A stretch of 64,000 bases of DNA from Nitrospirales bacterium (lineage in GTDB: Bacteria; Nitrospirota; Nitrospiria; Nitrospirales; UBA8639), in the NCBI GenBank assembly GCA_963555755.3, contig OY820905.2:512001-576000 (forward strand), given 5' to 3'. Positions 33,820 through 43,991 of the stretch are shown here, in pieces. Both the position numbers and the translations under genes were made by a program. How positions within the stretch are numbered: the stretch's first letter is position 1; each line of letters opens with the position of its first letter. The notes beneath the pieces were generated by a model. That model was not told the origin of the DNA, searched no databases, and saw only the letters and a program-made list of their open reading frames with translations.

Positions 33820-34009
33820 TTATCTCATCAGGAAGTTAAAATACTATAACACCAATCCACCATCAATTTGCTTTTTCCCATGTGAGCCCTCGCGGGTGTT
33901 TTAAAAAGCGTGTTTTGGGTATGGCGAAAATGCACTTGTTACCCAAAAACGCCAATCTTTTCCACCAGTAAGGCTTCTTGCTCCCCCACCAACAAAAAAT
34001 CTCCTTGTC

Positions 34010-34027
34010 ACCATATTACAATATGGT
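34010..34027. promoter_or_regulatory. Palindromic operator candidate ACCATATT-AC-AATATGGT for the TA pair
   Basis: Perfect 8-bp inverted repeat plus an extra AATATGGTAA copy upstream of the antitoxin gene. Confidence 0.5.
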
Positions 34028-34114
34028 AATGAATATGGTAAATTTGAGCCTTACCAAGATGCCACCCTGGTGGGTGGCCCAATGCAATCGTTATGTTGCG
34101 GGAGGGGAAGAACC

Positions 34115-34318
34115 ATGGCCACAAAACTGAAAAAGATCACACTGGAAGTACCAGATGATGTCCTCAGACGCGCGACTGCCGTAACGGGCCAAGGTATCAC
34201 ACCCACAATCCGTAAAGGACTAGAATTGGTGGCAGCCAGCGGAGCGTATGCCCAGCTTCGTTCCTTAAAGGGGAAAATTAAGTTTAAGGTGAAATTGTCA
34301 GAGCTGCGAGAAGAATAA
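34115..34318 (+). CDS. Probable VapB-type antitoxin
   Basis: 67 aa, MATKLKKITLEVP; stop overlaps the PIN gene start. Confidence 0.7.
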   Translation: MATKLKKITLEVPDDVLRRATAVTGQGITPTIRKGLELVAASGAYAQLRSLKGKIKFKVKLSELREE

Positions 34319-34716
34319 TGCTGTGCATTGATACCAGTGCCATGATTGCCTTCCTGGAAGGAAAGACTGGAAGGGATGTAGAGTTGGTTGATCAAGCCTT
34401 GCTCGATCAGGTGGGGGCATTCTCACCCGTCGCTGTCACGGAACTTCTGAGCGACACTACGCTTCCCCCTTCGGTGAAGAACATTATTTTAGAAATTCCA
34501 GTCCTTCCGATCACAGAGGGATTTTGGGAACGGGCTGGCCTCTTACGTGCCAAGTTGATACACAGAAAGCATAAAGCCAAACTCGCTGATACACTGATTG
34601 CTCAAACCTGTTTAGACCATCATGTTCCCCTCGTGACGAGGGACACCGATTTTGCGCACTTCAAAAAAGTTTCAGCCCTAAAGGTATTTTTAGAACCAAC
34701 ACCAAAAGGTCGTTGA
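34318..34716 (+). CDS. vapC: PIN-domain (VapC) toxin
   Basis: IDTS, E.LS, ADTLIA, LVTRD.DF acidic motifs. Confidence 0.88.
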   Translation: MLCIDTSAMIAFLEGKTGRDVELVDQALLDQVGAFSPVAVTELLSDTTLPPSVKNIILEIPVLPITEGFWERAGLLRAKLIHRKHKAKLADTLIAQTCLDHHVPLVTRDTDFAHFKKVSALKVFLEPTPKGR

Positions 34717-35164
34717 AATTGGACTGTAGGAAATCGGGTGTGCAGCAGGCGTTGCTGATATACTCCTCATGTTCCAGTCGCCGGGCTACAAAACCTGACA
34801 GCCATAACGGCGGCAGATGCTCGACCCGCTTGGTGAACGCGACGTCGTCGCTGTTCTTTGGTGAGAACAATCTTGCTTCCCCGACTATGCGGTGAATTCG
34901 ATAAAAGCCGAAAGACATCGTCCATCCCAGTTCCAGCATGATCTTCACCCACAGATCCAGACCCCGGAGTATTCACTTCTTCATTCATAGCCTTTTCTTT
35001 TGCCCGTAGGCAGGTGTGCTAGGAGGTAGCGTGTAAAAACAGAGCCCCACACCCGAAAGTGTGAGGCTTCATCATGTGGACGGCTTACTTCGATGGAAAA
35101 GGCCACCGTCTAGGGATGCCTGGCAGCTTCCGCAGGCTTCGGTTGCATATTAAATGGTGGCGCC

Positions 35165-35307
35165 ATGGCTAGATTTTCAAACCAGCGTCTCCTTCAGGCC
35201 TTTGATGTTCTTCATGAGTTGTATGCCTTCCAGGACCAGGACGCATTCACACAACAGTTGCCCGCTTCCATGCGCAACCTCGTTCAAACCGAGGTCTGTA
35301 GCATTAA
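35165..35307 (+). pseudogene. LuxR-family regulator, piece 1 of 3 (N-terminus)
   Basis: MARFSNQRLL...EVCSI, ends at the ATTAA duplication; joins 50480 in frame. Confidence 0.85.
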
Positions 35308-35495
35308 CCTAAAAACGGCAGTTCCCCATTGCCTGCCGTGGAGAAAGAGGATCCCCGTTCGCTCTGGGTGAGTCCCACGGATGCTCATCCGAAGGGAAAG
35401 GCCGGGGATTTATTTGCTCGTAGACTCAAACAAGCCTTAGCGGATCATTTTCACAATTATTTCAAACCCTAATTCTGGCAGGGCCAGCCTTTTCG

Positions 35496-36701
35496 ATGAA
35501 AAAGAAAACCCCTATCCTGAATCTGGTTCTAGTGCTGATGACCATCATGATCATGTTTGTCATGATCGAGTCCTTCCTTCGAGCTTATTTCTTTGGCACT
35601 CTGGCGCAACCCTTTTCATCTCTGCCTATCATAGTTCCTCACCCAACTCGAAGTATTGCTTTAGGACCTGGTTTGGAGGGGTGGGAGCAGAAGTTGGATT
35701 TCAACGTACCGGTGAATGTGAATGCGCAGGGATTACGTGGACCTGATATTGGACCAAAAGATGATCGACAGCGGATTCTTATTGTGGCGGATTCAACAAC
35801 CTATGGTAGTGGCGTTGCCGTTGAACACATCATTCCGACAGCGTTGGCCGAAGAACTGGGGTCAGATCACGTTGAGATCATCAATGGTGGTTTTGCGACT
35901 TATAACACGGTGCAGGAGCTCTTGTTTCTGGAGGAAGAGGGACTTGCCTTTGAACCTGACCTCGTGATTCTGGCCTTTAGTCCAAACACCGATATTCAGA
36001 CAAATACCTTGGCATTGCAACGGCTTCATCAGCGGAAGACGGTTCGGCCGTATGCGAGCATTGATGATAACAGCCAATTACAACTCGATCTGAGTTACGC
36101 GAAAGCGTTTTATGAAAAGGAGAAGGAACGATCTCCAGCAGATAGACAGAAAGCCTACTACAAGCGACAGGTGGTATATCGGCTTGGAGAAATGTTCGTC
36201 AACAGTTTCCAGACCTCAGAGTTTCAAGATCCGAATATGTTTATCGGGTGGCCGTTTCTTGCGGAGTTTGCTCCCGAGTACTCGAGGCGAGGCATGAAGG
36301 CTGAGGAGTACACACGCCTATGGGAGGATGGCTGGGCTGTGACGAAAGCCATTATCCTGCGCATGCGTGATGCGGTGAAAGCCCAAGGAGGAAGGTTTGC
36401 AATGATGGCCATGGCTCCCAAGCTGCAAGTCATGGCGGATTTTCAAGCGAAGATTATTGAGGCCTATCCTCATTTGAAACTTGACCCAACCCGAATGAAT
36501 CGCGCATTTGAAGAATTTGGCAACACACACAATATTCCCGTCCTTGACGCCCTTTCAGTTTTGCGCGAGGCTTCTGGTGTCAGAGAGACTGCTCTCTATT
36601 ATAATATCGAGGATGAACATATGACGGCCAAATCGCATCGCTTGGTGGCTATGAGTCTCGCAAAACAATTATATGAATTGGGATTAGTCGAACGACGATG
36701 A
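35496..36701 (+). CDS. SGNH/GDSL-family membrane-anchored protein (AlgJ/AlgX-like)
   Basis: N-terminal TM, VNAQGLRG, ADSTTYG, INGG...YNT.QE, DEHMT. Confidence 0.78.
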   Translation: MKKKTPILNLVLVLMTIMIMFVMIESFLRAYFFGTLAQPFSSLPIIVPHPTRSIALGPGLEGWEQKLDFNVPVNVNAQGLRGPDIGPKDDRQRILIVADSTTYGSGVAVEHIIPTALAEELGSDHVEIINGGFATYNTVQELLFLEEEGLAFEPDLVILAFSPNTDIQTNTLALQRLHQRKTVRPYASIDDNSQLQLDLSYAKAFYEKEKERSPADRQKAYYKRQVVYRLGEMFVNSFQTSEFQDPNMFIGWPFLAEFAPEYSRRGMKAEEYTRLWEDGWAVTKAIILRMRDAVKAQGGRFAMMAMAPKLQVMADFQAKIIEAYPHLKLDPTRMNRAFEEFGNTHNIPVLDALSVLREASGVRETALYYNIEDEHMTAKSHRLVAMSLAKQLYELGLVERR

Positions 36702-36704
36702 AGG

Positions 36705-37410
36705 GAATAAGAATTTTAAAAGGCCTTTTTGGCCTGAGCGAAAAGTACCAAAGACCTCGGTGAAGGGTCACTTCCCAGCCTTCGCCGTCCGACATGCTGG
36801 AGTTTACTCTGCGAGTAGGGTCTGACTGGCCTGTTTGCCAGGGATCAGGCCTGCCTTTCGCGCCCTTGGGGCATGTGGACGAGGGAACTGGGCAAAGGGG
36901 AGCGTCGGCTCAGGATCGGAACCGGAATCCGGGGTGGGATTAGGCTGTCAGGAAAAAGTCGTCGATGCGAGCCGGGGCTCGGGGTGGCGCACGCGTGGGC
37001 AGCCCAGGTGTGTGAGAATTTTGGCAATCACCGTGGGATCTTCAATGGCGGCGAGGATGGTCAACGTCCCGCCGCACTGCGGACAGATGGTGATGTCGAT
37101 CGCGAAGACTCGTTTGAGTAATTTCGCCCAGCTCATGCGAGTCCGCGTGGAGACCGATGAGAGCTCGCCGCCCCTATTGGCGGTGTTCGGCGCCTGGTTG
37201 GCCTCACCGGGAACGATCTGGGACCGCAACGCAGCATTGGGGGCGAGCACGCCATGGAAGCGAATGAGATGCAGCCGGGAACGTGGGACGAGCGCCGCGA
37301 GGCGTTGCAGGAATTCCAGCGGGCTCATCACGAGATGGGTGGTGCCATCGCGGTACGGGGTTTTGAGTTGCAACACGACCTCGCCGGTCGGGGTCCGCGC
37401 AGGCGTTTGT
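36705..37410 (-). mobile_element. IS91/ISCR-family remnant (transposase C-terminus and oriIS-like end)
   Basis: LKTPYRDGTTH...PLEFLQRLAALVP..RLHLIRFHGVLAPNA...WA.LLKRVF.ID...CP.CGG; end reads TTTAAAATTCTTATTC on the minus strand. Confidence 0.85.
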
Positions 37411-37533
37411 GGCCTAGGGCCGGACGGGTGCCATTCATCCCCATGCAAAGCAAGGGGCTTTCCTGGCAGGTCTAGTAACGCGACTCAACCCTCAGATCGG
37501 GATTGCCATATCGCAAGGAATAGTGACTGTGAA

Positions 37534-38199
37534 TTAGGAGAAGGTTTTCGTGTAGACAAAATTTTGACGTACTGATACGCCATCTTTGCCTGATTTGTCT
37601 CCAGCAGCAACTTTTTCTGTTGAACCTTGTCCCGAATCCTCCTTCTTCGATTGGGATTCAGGGGAGTCATTGGGTTCTTGAGCTCCATTCCCCTCATTCT
37701 CATCTTGCCCCATTTTGAGCTGCCTCGCCCACATATTAGGTTGGCACACGACATTGAAATTCGGTGCGGGAACGGAATCATCAATCCGCCATAACTCCAA
37801 TTCTGTGGCATAAAAACTCACATTCTCTCGGGAAACAGTATTGAGCCAATCTAAACTCCGGCGAATTTCCGAGGTAATCTCTTGCCCCACGCAAACAAAC
37901 GCTTTCGCCTCCAAACCAGCGGAATACATAATCAATTTACCCAACGTATCAGAATTTATACCATTGAGGTGCCCACAAACAATCACGTAATGCCCATGCT
38001 TCGCATCTTTGGCTAACACCCCACCCGGTAATGTCTCTAATGGATTGTTCCCACCGGCGGGTTTTAGGGGCACCTCGATAGCTTCGCCCAACATTTCTAA
38101 GATTTCCTCTTGCTGTAACCATGCCCCAAGGCCATCGGGCTCATTCCCCCACACTTCATTCAAGTCAATTTTTCGGAGTTTTCCAACCGGTTTCGCCAT
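37534..38199 (-). CDS. Hypothetical protein resembling the N-terminal domain of DUF4268-type proteins
   Basis: GKLRKIDLNEVW..E, LGKLIMYSAGL.A, LDWLN, ELWRIDDS.PAP.F. Confidence 0.55.
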   Translation of the reverse strand: MAKPVGKLRKIDLNEVWGNEPDGLGAWLQQEEILEMLGEAIEVPLKPAGGNNPLETLPGGVLAKDAKHGHYVIVCGHLNGINSDTLGKLIMYSAGLEAKAFVCVGQEITSEIRRSLDWLNTVSRENVSFYATELELWRIDDSVPAPNFNVVCQPNMWARQLKMGQDENEGNGAQEPNDSPESQSKKEDSGQGSTEKVAAGDKSGKDGVSVRQNFVYTKTFS

Positions 38200-38292
38200 A
38201 ACACCCTCAGCTTCTCAATATTGTTGGTTCCTGATCACTTTCCAAAGAGAATAGCGCTCTTATCGACCGTTTAAAGAAAAAGTTAAGGAAAC

Positions 38293-38344
38293 GAATAGGA
38301 ATTTTAAACAGGCTTTTTGGCCGAGCCGAAAAGTCCCAAAGAAC
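38293..38344 (-). mobile_element. Second IS91/ISCR oriIS-like end
   Basis: GAATAGGAATTTTAAACAGGCTTTTTGGCCGAGCCGAAAAGT closely resembles 36705-36755. Confidence 0.6.
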
Positions 38345-38703
38345 GCGCCGGGAGGCAATCGCCTAATCAGCGGTCTCAACATGAGGGGGTTTCTGGCTGC
38401 GAGAAAGGCCCCACCGGTCCCTCGGCCAAGGAGGTTACCCAGGATTGCCACGCATTGTGGCATTTGAGGTGCGTAAAAGGCCGAGGGGGCGTGTTGGCTC
38501 AGGAACTGACCCGGAATACCTGGTGGCAGCAGGCCGTCTGCAATAGAACTACTTGTCCATCCATTTACTGGACACCACACTAGTTATTGGTTTGTTATGG
38601 GAGAAAAATCTGCCATTTCGTCAAGATCCAATGTCAGTGTCCGATAAGGATATTTATCAATTGTAGGATAAGACATATTCAAGTAATGCTTAATGTATCG
38701 TAA

Positions 38704-40152
38704 CTACTCAGGTGTGATGATCTTTGTAGTGAATTGTGCAGGCATAAAGGGGTGGCCGATCATGGCTTGTGAAATGGCTTGCAGCATGTTGCCGCCCTGC
38801 TTTCTCGCGGTAGAAAGGTAGCTTCGTATGCGGGCGAACTGCCTCGCGCCTTGAAGCGTTCGAAAACACCCGGATATTTTGAGGCGGAGCTTGATCATGC
38901 GGATATCCTGTTCTGCCAGATTATTAGTGAAGGGAACCTGTCTGTCATGGAGGAACGCGAGCACGGAGGCTTCATGCTCGCCAAGACGGGTGAGGAGATT
39001 TTGGGCCTTGGTCTTTTTGGGCCGGCCTCGTGACTTTTTCTGTGGCGGTGCCGGAAGGGGGTTGGCCTGCCATCCGAGGGTGAGAAGATCCCTGTATTGT
39101 TTCAGCCAGGGGGTTTTCTGTTCTTCCGTTAACTGTGCGAGTTGCTTGCTGACAAACACGTTCATCGTCAGCAACAGGTCAAACATGTGTTTGGCCCATG
39201 GTTGTTCGTGCTGCTCGAACAGGCACGTGAGTTCCCGCAAATGATGGGCGTTACAGAGGCCGTGGGCACAGTCATAGGAGAGATAGGGTTTCCAGAAATC
39301 GTGGATCAGGCGGCCAGCAAAATCCGGGAGGATCTGGAACTGCTCGATCGCCTCTCTTCCCCGTTTGGCGTGCACACCGTAAAAGGTCAACGTGGCCGTG
39401 CTGGCACTGTGGAGCCAGTGGAGCGTCCCGGCCGTGCGGACGCCGCTTTCATCGGCATGGAGGATGGGACTCTTGCCGAGCGCTTCTTTGACCGCAGTCT
39501 CGAACGGCGCGAGGTGCTCATAACTTCGGCGGGAGGCCTCGTCAATGGTGGCGTCGCTGACCGAGGCGCCATACAGATCAGCCATCATCTGGCTGACACG
39601 GCGTAAGGGGATCAACTGTTGGTTCTGGAGGTAGACCAGGAGGCTGCGAAATCTGGGACCGTACTGTGCCGGCGCAGGCAGGTCATCAGGAAATGACGCC
39701 GTGACCGAGCGGCCGCATTGGGGGCAGGTTTTGATTGCTCCCCGATATTCGGTGACGTCGAGTTTTGGCTCCGGCAGTTCAAAGAGCTGCCGGCGTTCAT
39801 AGCCGGTGACCGTCTCGTTGGTGAGGTCGGCATGGCAGGAACAGGAGTGAACAGGCAGGTGGACCAGGTGGTCTGGGGTTTCCACCTGTTTTAACGTCTG
39901 GCCGGCATGTCCCTGTTGGCCGCCCGGCTTTTTCCCGGAAGGTATGCGCAGGCTCTTGGTTCGGGGCTTGGCCGGTCCATCGGACGAGGGCGGTTTGCTG
40001 CTGTTGCGACTGTGTTGGTCGAGCCGCTGTGCCAGTTCGGTGACATGCGTGGTCAGCGCCTGCCCCTGTTCCTGCAGCGCCAGGATCAGTTCGACGAGCG
40101 CCTCGGGGTTGCTCTTGGCCAGGATGAGGAGTGCGTCGCGGGTGAAGGTCAT
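38704..40152 (-). CDS. IS66-family transposase
   Basis: SRNSSKPPSSD, GGQ.GH.G, HADESG, LCNAHHLREL, PFTNNLAEQDIRMIK...KISG. Confidence 0.93.
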   Translation of the reverse strand: MTFTRDALLILAKSNPEALVELILALQEQGQALTTHVTELAQRLDQHSRNSSKPPSSDGPAKPRTKSLRIPSGKKPGGQQGHAGQTLKQVETPDHLVHLPVHSCSCHADLTNETVTGYERRQLFELPEPKLDVTEYRGAIKTCPQCGRSVTASFPDDLPAPAQYGPRFRSLLVYLQNQQLIPLRRVSQMMADLYGASVSDATIDEASRRSYEHLAPFETAVKEALGKSPILHADESGVRTAGTLHWLHSASTATLTFYGVHAKRGREAIEQFQILPDFAGRLIHDFWKPYLSYDCAHGLCNAHHLRELTCLFEQHEQPWAKHMFDLLLTMNVFVSKQLAQLTEEQKTPWLKQYRDLLTLGWQANPLPAPPQKKSRGRPKKTKAQNLLTRLGEHEASVLAFLHDRQVPFTNNLAEQDIRMIKLRLKISGCFRTLQGARQFARIRSYLSTARKQGGNMLQAISQAMIGHPFMPAQFTTKIITPE

Positions 40153-41036
40153 GGCTTGCTCCGGCAGAGGGCCTGTCGGAAGTGGCGGATGAGGGGATAG
40201 AGATAAATTGCCTTCACCGGCACGCGCAGAGCCTTGTCACGGTCCTGCCGGGACCGGCCTTTGGTCTGCCCGACATAGAGCCAGTTCGCGGCCTGATAGC
40301 AGATACCTTTGAAGCGGTCTCGCTCCACAAAGGTCTCCACCAAGTGGACGGGATGGCCGTATTTCTCGATCCAGTCCTGCCGGAGACGTCTCATGACCCG
40401 GCCCAGGAGATGGCTGGCCAGATGCGGCACACGCACCCAGGGCAGGATGAGAAAGCGGGTATTGTTGGTCATGAAGTTGAGGTTGGCGGCTCGGGTGTCC
40501 GGCTCCCAGCCGATAAAGGTGTCGCGCGGGGTGGTTTTCCAGGCGGCGGAACCGAAGAGGAGGCAGGCCAGATCCTGCCCGGAGCGATCCCGCACCAGGT
40601 ACTTGAGATGTTCACCGACCGTTCGGGTGAACCCGAGGTAGTGATGGTGGCTCAGGTAATATCCCACACAACTGGCTTCGTAGGAATGTGAGGTTGGAAT
40701 ATGAATGGACAGGGGCGTCAGGGTCTTGAGAGCTGCGTCGATGTGCGGGGCTTCGGGAGGCATAAACCCCTTTCGGAAAGGGGGGAAGATGTTGCGTCGA
40801 GAGGCGACACGAATCGGGGGCAGCTTCAGGAGCCCGCGATGTTCGAGTTTGTCGATCATGCTGCGGGCGGCAAAGGTTTTCAGTTGTCCGGACGGGGTCT
40901 GCCAGCCCCAGTGCCGACAAATATGCTGGGTTATTTTATGGCGGCTCCAGTCAGGGTGCCGGCAAACCAGATGGCGTAACCAGCACAGATCAGATTGGGG
41001 GAGGCGACGACCTTGACATGTAATCGCTTCATTCAT
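40149..41036 (-). CDS. DUF4338 (DruA-like) protein
   Basis: HHYLG, RDTFIGW, NNTRFLILPW, LVETFVE..RF.G.CY.AANW...G.T.GR. Confidence 0.85.
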   Translation of the reverse strand: MNEAITCQGRRLPQSDLCWLRHLVCRHPDWSRHKITQHICRHWGWQTPSGQLKTFAARSMIDKLEHRGLLKLPPIRVASRRNIFPPFRKGFMPPEAPHIDAALKTLTPLSIHIPTSHSYEASCVGYYLSHHHYLGFTRTVGEHLKYLVRDRSGQDLACLLFGSAAWKTTPRDTFIGWEPDTRAANLNFMTNNTRFLILPWVRVPHLASHLLGRVMRRLRQDWIEKYGHPVHLVETFVERDRFKGICYQAANWLYVGQTKGRSRQDRDKALRVPVKAIYLYPLIRHFRQALCRSKP

Positions 41037-41153
41037 GGCCCCGATTATGCCATGGGTGGAGCCGTTAGTCCAGAAAAAAATCAGGCTATAGAAAATTGAC
41101 CTGAGTAGTTACAATGTATCTATTAAACCTGGTTCAGGCAATAGGAAGTAAAG

Positions 41154-41672
41154 AACCCCGCTTTTCCAGGCGGGGCTTTCTTAGAATAAATCCAATTGTT
41201 CCGGATGAGTCGTACGACCGTCATAAAAACGGATGTATTGACTGAAGATCTCTGCTGTGACCTTATCTCCCACCGTTCTCACAAAGTATCCATCCTCCCA
41301 GAATTCTCCGCCCCACAACTCTAGCTGGACACCAGGACATTCTACCCGAATCTCCTTCGCACTCACCGCTTTGAAGATTCTTACCACCTCTGCACTCGAG
41401 TATCGTGGAGGGAAGGACAGAAAGAGATGCACATGGTTTTTGTCTACTTCCAATTCAGCGAGTTCAAACCCATGATGCCCAGCAATCTCTTGAAACAGCT
41501 CCCGAACTCTTTCTCGGACTTCTCCCTGAAGAATCCACTTGCGATATTTGGGTGCCCACACCACGTGATACTTGGTGTCATACACACAGTGGCTGGATCG
41601 CCATGCCACTACCCTAGAGGATTTCTGCTGCCTCGGCAGCACGCATTTTTCTTCCCGCCTTTCCAGGCGGGG
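41154..41672 (-). mobile_element. IS200/IS605-family element with terminal hairpins
   Basis: Hairpins CCCCGC-TTTTCCAG-GCGGGG and CCCGCC-TTTCCA-GGCGGG flank the tnpA gene. Confidence 0.85.
41181..41642 (-). CDS. tnpA: IS200 Y1 (HUH) transposase
   Basis: YHVVWAPKYR, NHVHL, FWEDGYF..TVG, QYI; start uncertain. Confidence 0.88.
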   Translation of the reverse strand: MLPRQQKSSRVVAWRSSHCVYDTKYHVVWAPKYRKWILQGEVRERVRELFQEIAGHHGFELAELEVDKNHVHLFLSFPPRYSSAEVVRIFKAVSAKEIRVECPGVQLELWGGEFWEDGYFVRTVGDKVTAEIFSQYIRFYDGRTTHPEQLDLF

Positions 41673-41916
41673 CAGTCAAATGCGGTTTTTCGTAAAAATG
41701 GGGAGGGCGTACGTTCTTCCCTATTGCATACATTAGTCATGGCGGTGAATCAGGTTGCTCATTCTTTCAAATGTGGTTTAGGGAACGTTCAAAAACGGGG
41801 AACGCATGGAATAATCGAGTCAAGACTGCCCAATACTCTTAGGTAATCACGATGCAAAGCCACCGCGTTACCATTTTCATTGAACCATCATGCGGGAGGA
41901 TTGCTAATGTCCTCCT

Positions 41917-43515
41917 GTGAAAAAGAGGTCCAAACTTATGGATGAACTAAAAAAAGTCAGGCAAAAAATGAAAGCAGTCGAGTCCACCAAGAAAAAAAGG
42001 GCAGCTTCGGGGAAAAAGCTCAATATGCCTTTTCTTATTGGGCTCAGCGCCGCCTTAGTCGTTGGCCTCTGCGGGGGAGTGATGTGGGTGGTCAATTCCA
42101 ATAATGTTGGGACGGTCGGGGTCAACAAGGCCAAAGCCTTGGCCGATCAAGTGACGACCTTACGGACTTTTTATACCCAACAAGTCGTTTCTCGTGCAAA
42201 AGAATCAGGGATGCGCATTAATTACGATTGGGACACGATGCCAAATACGCTACCGCTTCCTGCGACGTTTACGAACGTATTGGGTCAACAAATAAAAAAA
42301 GAAAACCCCGGTACAGCAATTCGGCTCTACAGTCGATACCCGTTTCCTCATCGAAAAGGGACTGAAGTCTACGACCAATTTGAAATGGATGCGCTCAAGG
42401 CACTTGAGCAAAATCCCACAATTCCTTTCTACCGAAAGGAAATCATCAATGGCAGATTGTCCATGCGTTATGCTATTGCCGACCTAATGCGTTCTGCTTG
42501 TATCGATTGCCATAATTCTCATCCAGAAACGCCAAAAAACGATTGGAAGGTTGGGGACGTTCGTGGGGTGGTAGAGATCATTACCCCAATCGATCAGGTC
42601 AACCGAGGTCTATTAAATGGGACGATGATTCTCCTTGCCTGTGTTGCCGTCGGGTTGCTTGGCGTGGCCTCGTTCAGCATTGCTATCATCAAAAAACCCA
42701 TTCACCAGGCGGTACAGGTATTATCTACCACAACAGAGCAACTGGCAGACACCGCCGAACAACAGGAACAATCGGCCATATCGCAATCTAGGTCGGCGAA
42801 TGAAACAACAGCGACGATGAAAGAGTTGGGTGAGTCTTCCACACGGATGGCCGATCAATCAGAAGTGGCGTCCACTGGGACTCAGAAGGCCGCTGCCCTA
42901 ACTGAGCAGGGCTCGGGCATGATCAGGCTTGCTCGGGAGGGGATTGATGCGATGCTGGAAAAAGTTGAAAAAATTGCTGATGAAATTTTTCTTCTATCGG
43001 AGCACACCAGTCAGATCGAAAACATCACACGGTTTGTCAGTGATTTAGCCAATCAGACTAATCTCTTGGCTCTCAATGCTGCCATTGAGGCTGTCCGAGC
43101 CGGAGAACACGGCAAAGGTTTTGCCGTCGTGGCCGGTGAAATCAGAAAACTTGCCGATCAGAGTAAAGCTTCAGCTGAACAAATTAATGTGCTGTTGCTT
43201 GATATTCAGAAAACGACGAAATCCACCGTCATGGTAACCCAAGAAGGGACCAAGACCGTCCAGCAAGTGAAGGAATATGCTCAAGGGGCTATCGATTCGT
43301 TCTCGAATGTCCGGACGGCCGTGGACAGTGCGTATCAAAATGCTATGCAAATTACGCAAAATGCGAAACAACAAGCCAATGCAGTTCAACCCGTTATTGC
43401 AGCGATGAGTTCGCTCAATTCTGGAGCGAAGGCAACAGCCGAGGGGATTCATGAAACCAAGGAGGGAGTGCAAAGGCTGAAAATGATTGCTGATACCCTT
43501 CAAAGTATGGTGTAA
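41917..43515 (+). CDS. Methyl-accepting chemotaxis protein with a heme-c (DUF3365-like) sensor domain
   Basis: TM, sensor with CIDCH and [35 protein letters not shown]. Confidence 0.92.
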   Translation: MKKRSKLMDELKKVRQKMKAVESTKKKRAASGKKLNMPFLIGLSAALVVGLCGGVMWVVNSNNVGTVGVNKAKALADQVTTLRTFYTQQVVSRAKESGMRINYDWDTMPNTLPLPATFTNVLGQQIKKENPGTAIRLYSRYPFPHRKGTEVYDQFEMDALKALEQNPTIPFYRKEIINGRLSMRYAIADLMRSACIDCHNSHPETPKNDWKVGDVRGVVEIITPIDQVNRGLLNGTMILLACVAVGLLGVASFSIAIIKKPIHQAVQVLSTTTEQLADTAEQQEQSAISQSRSANETTATMKELGESSTRMADQSEVASTGTQKAAALTEQGSGMIRLAREGIDAMLEKVEKIADEIFLLSEHTSQIENITRFVSDLANQTNLLALNAAIEAVRAGEHGKGFAVVAGEIRKLADQSKASAEQINVLLLDIQKTTKSTVMVTQEGTKTVQQVKEYAQGAIDSFSNVRTAVDSAYQNAMQITQNAKQQANAVQPVIAAMSSLNSGAKATAEGIHETKEGVQRLKMIADTLQSMV

Positions 43516-43991
43516 CGCATGTTCTTTTTGGAAAAGATTCCATGGGGTCCACCCTCAAAGAATAAATCGGTTGGAGTCGAGTCCATTGTGGCAGGGTTGG
43601 GAACTCGAACTTCCTCCTTTTGTGGGATTCGAATGTCCCAGGAGGAAACGCCACAGCTGAGTGGATTTTTTCGAAGTAGCGTGACGGCACTTTCTCTGAA
43701 CGATCCCATACAGAATTTTCAGCTTGTCGATTCCCAAGCAGAAGAGGTTTTAGCAGAAAGGGAGCAAGGGCCTGCCCAGATAGTTAGGGTCCTACAAGCC
43801 AAGATCTTTCCAGATGTCTGTAATTTATCAACAACCCCAAACAATTTGTGCCATGTCACACGGGGGCAGTCTGAAGCACCATGAAAATCTGTGTTAACCC
43901 GGTATTAGTCACGAAGCTTTTATTCCATCTCAAAGCACGCTCATTCTCACCCTTTCGGGAAAGTGGATTGTGCTCAAGCTGTGGGTGAACC

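Larger units (their letters stand above)
38700..41112 (-). mobile_element. Complete IS66-like element (transposase plus DUF4338 gene)
   Basis: Inverted termini GTAACTACTCAGGT / ACCTGAGTAGTTAC; 8-bp duplication AATGTATC at 38692-38699 and 41113-41120. Confidence 0.93.

Noticed and set aside
40149..41036. Druantia anti-phage system
   Set aside because: Only a DruA-like gene is present, inside an IS; no DruE helicase or other components are in the window
43519..43884. 121-aa ORF between the MCP and the CheA fusion
   Set aside because: No recognisable motif or ribosome-binding site; cannot be supported
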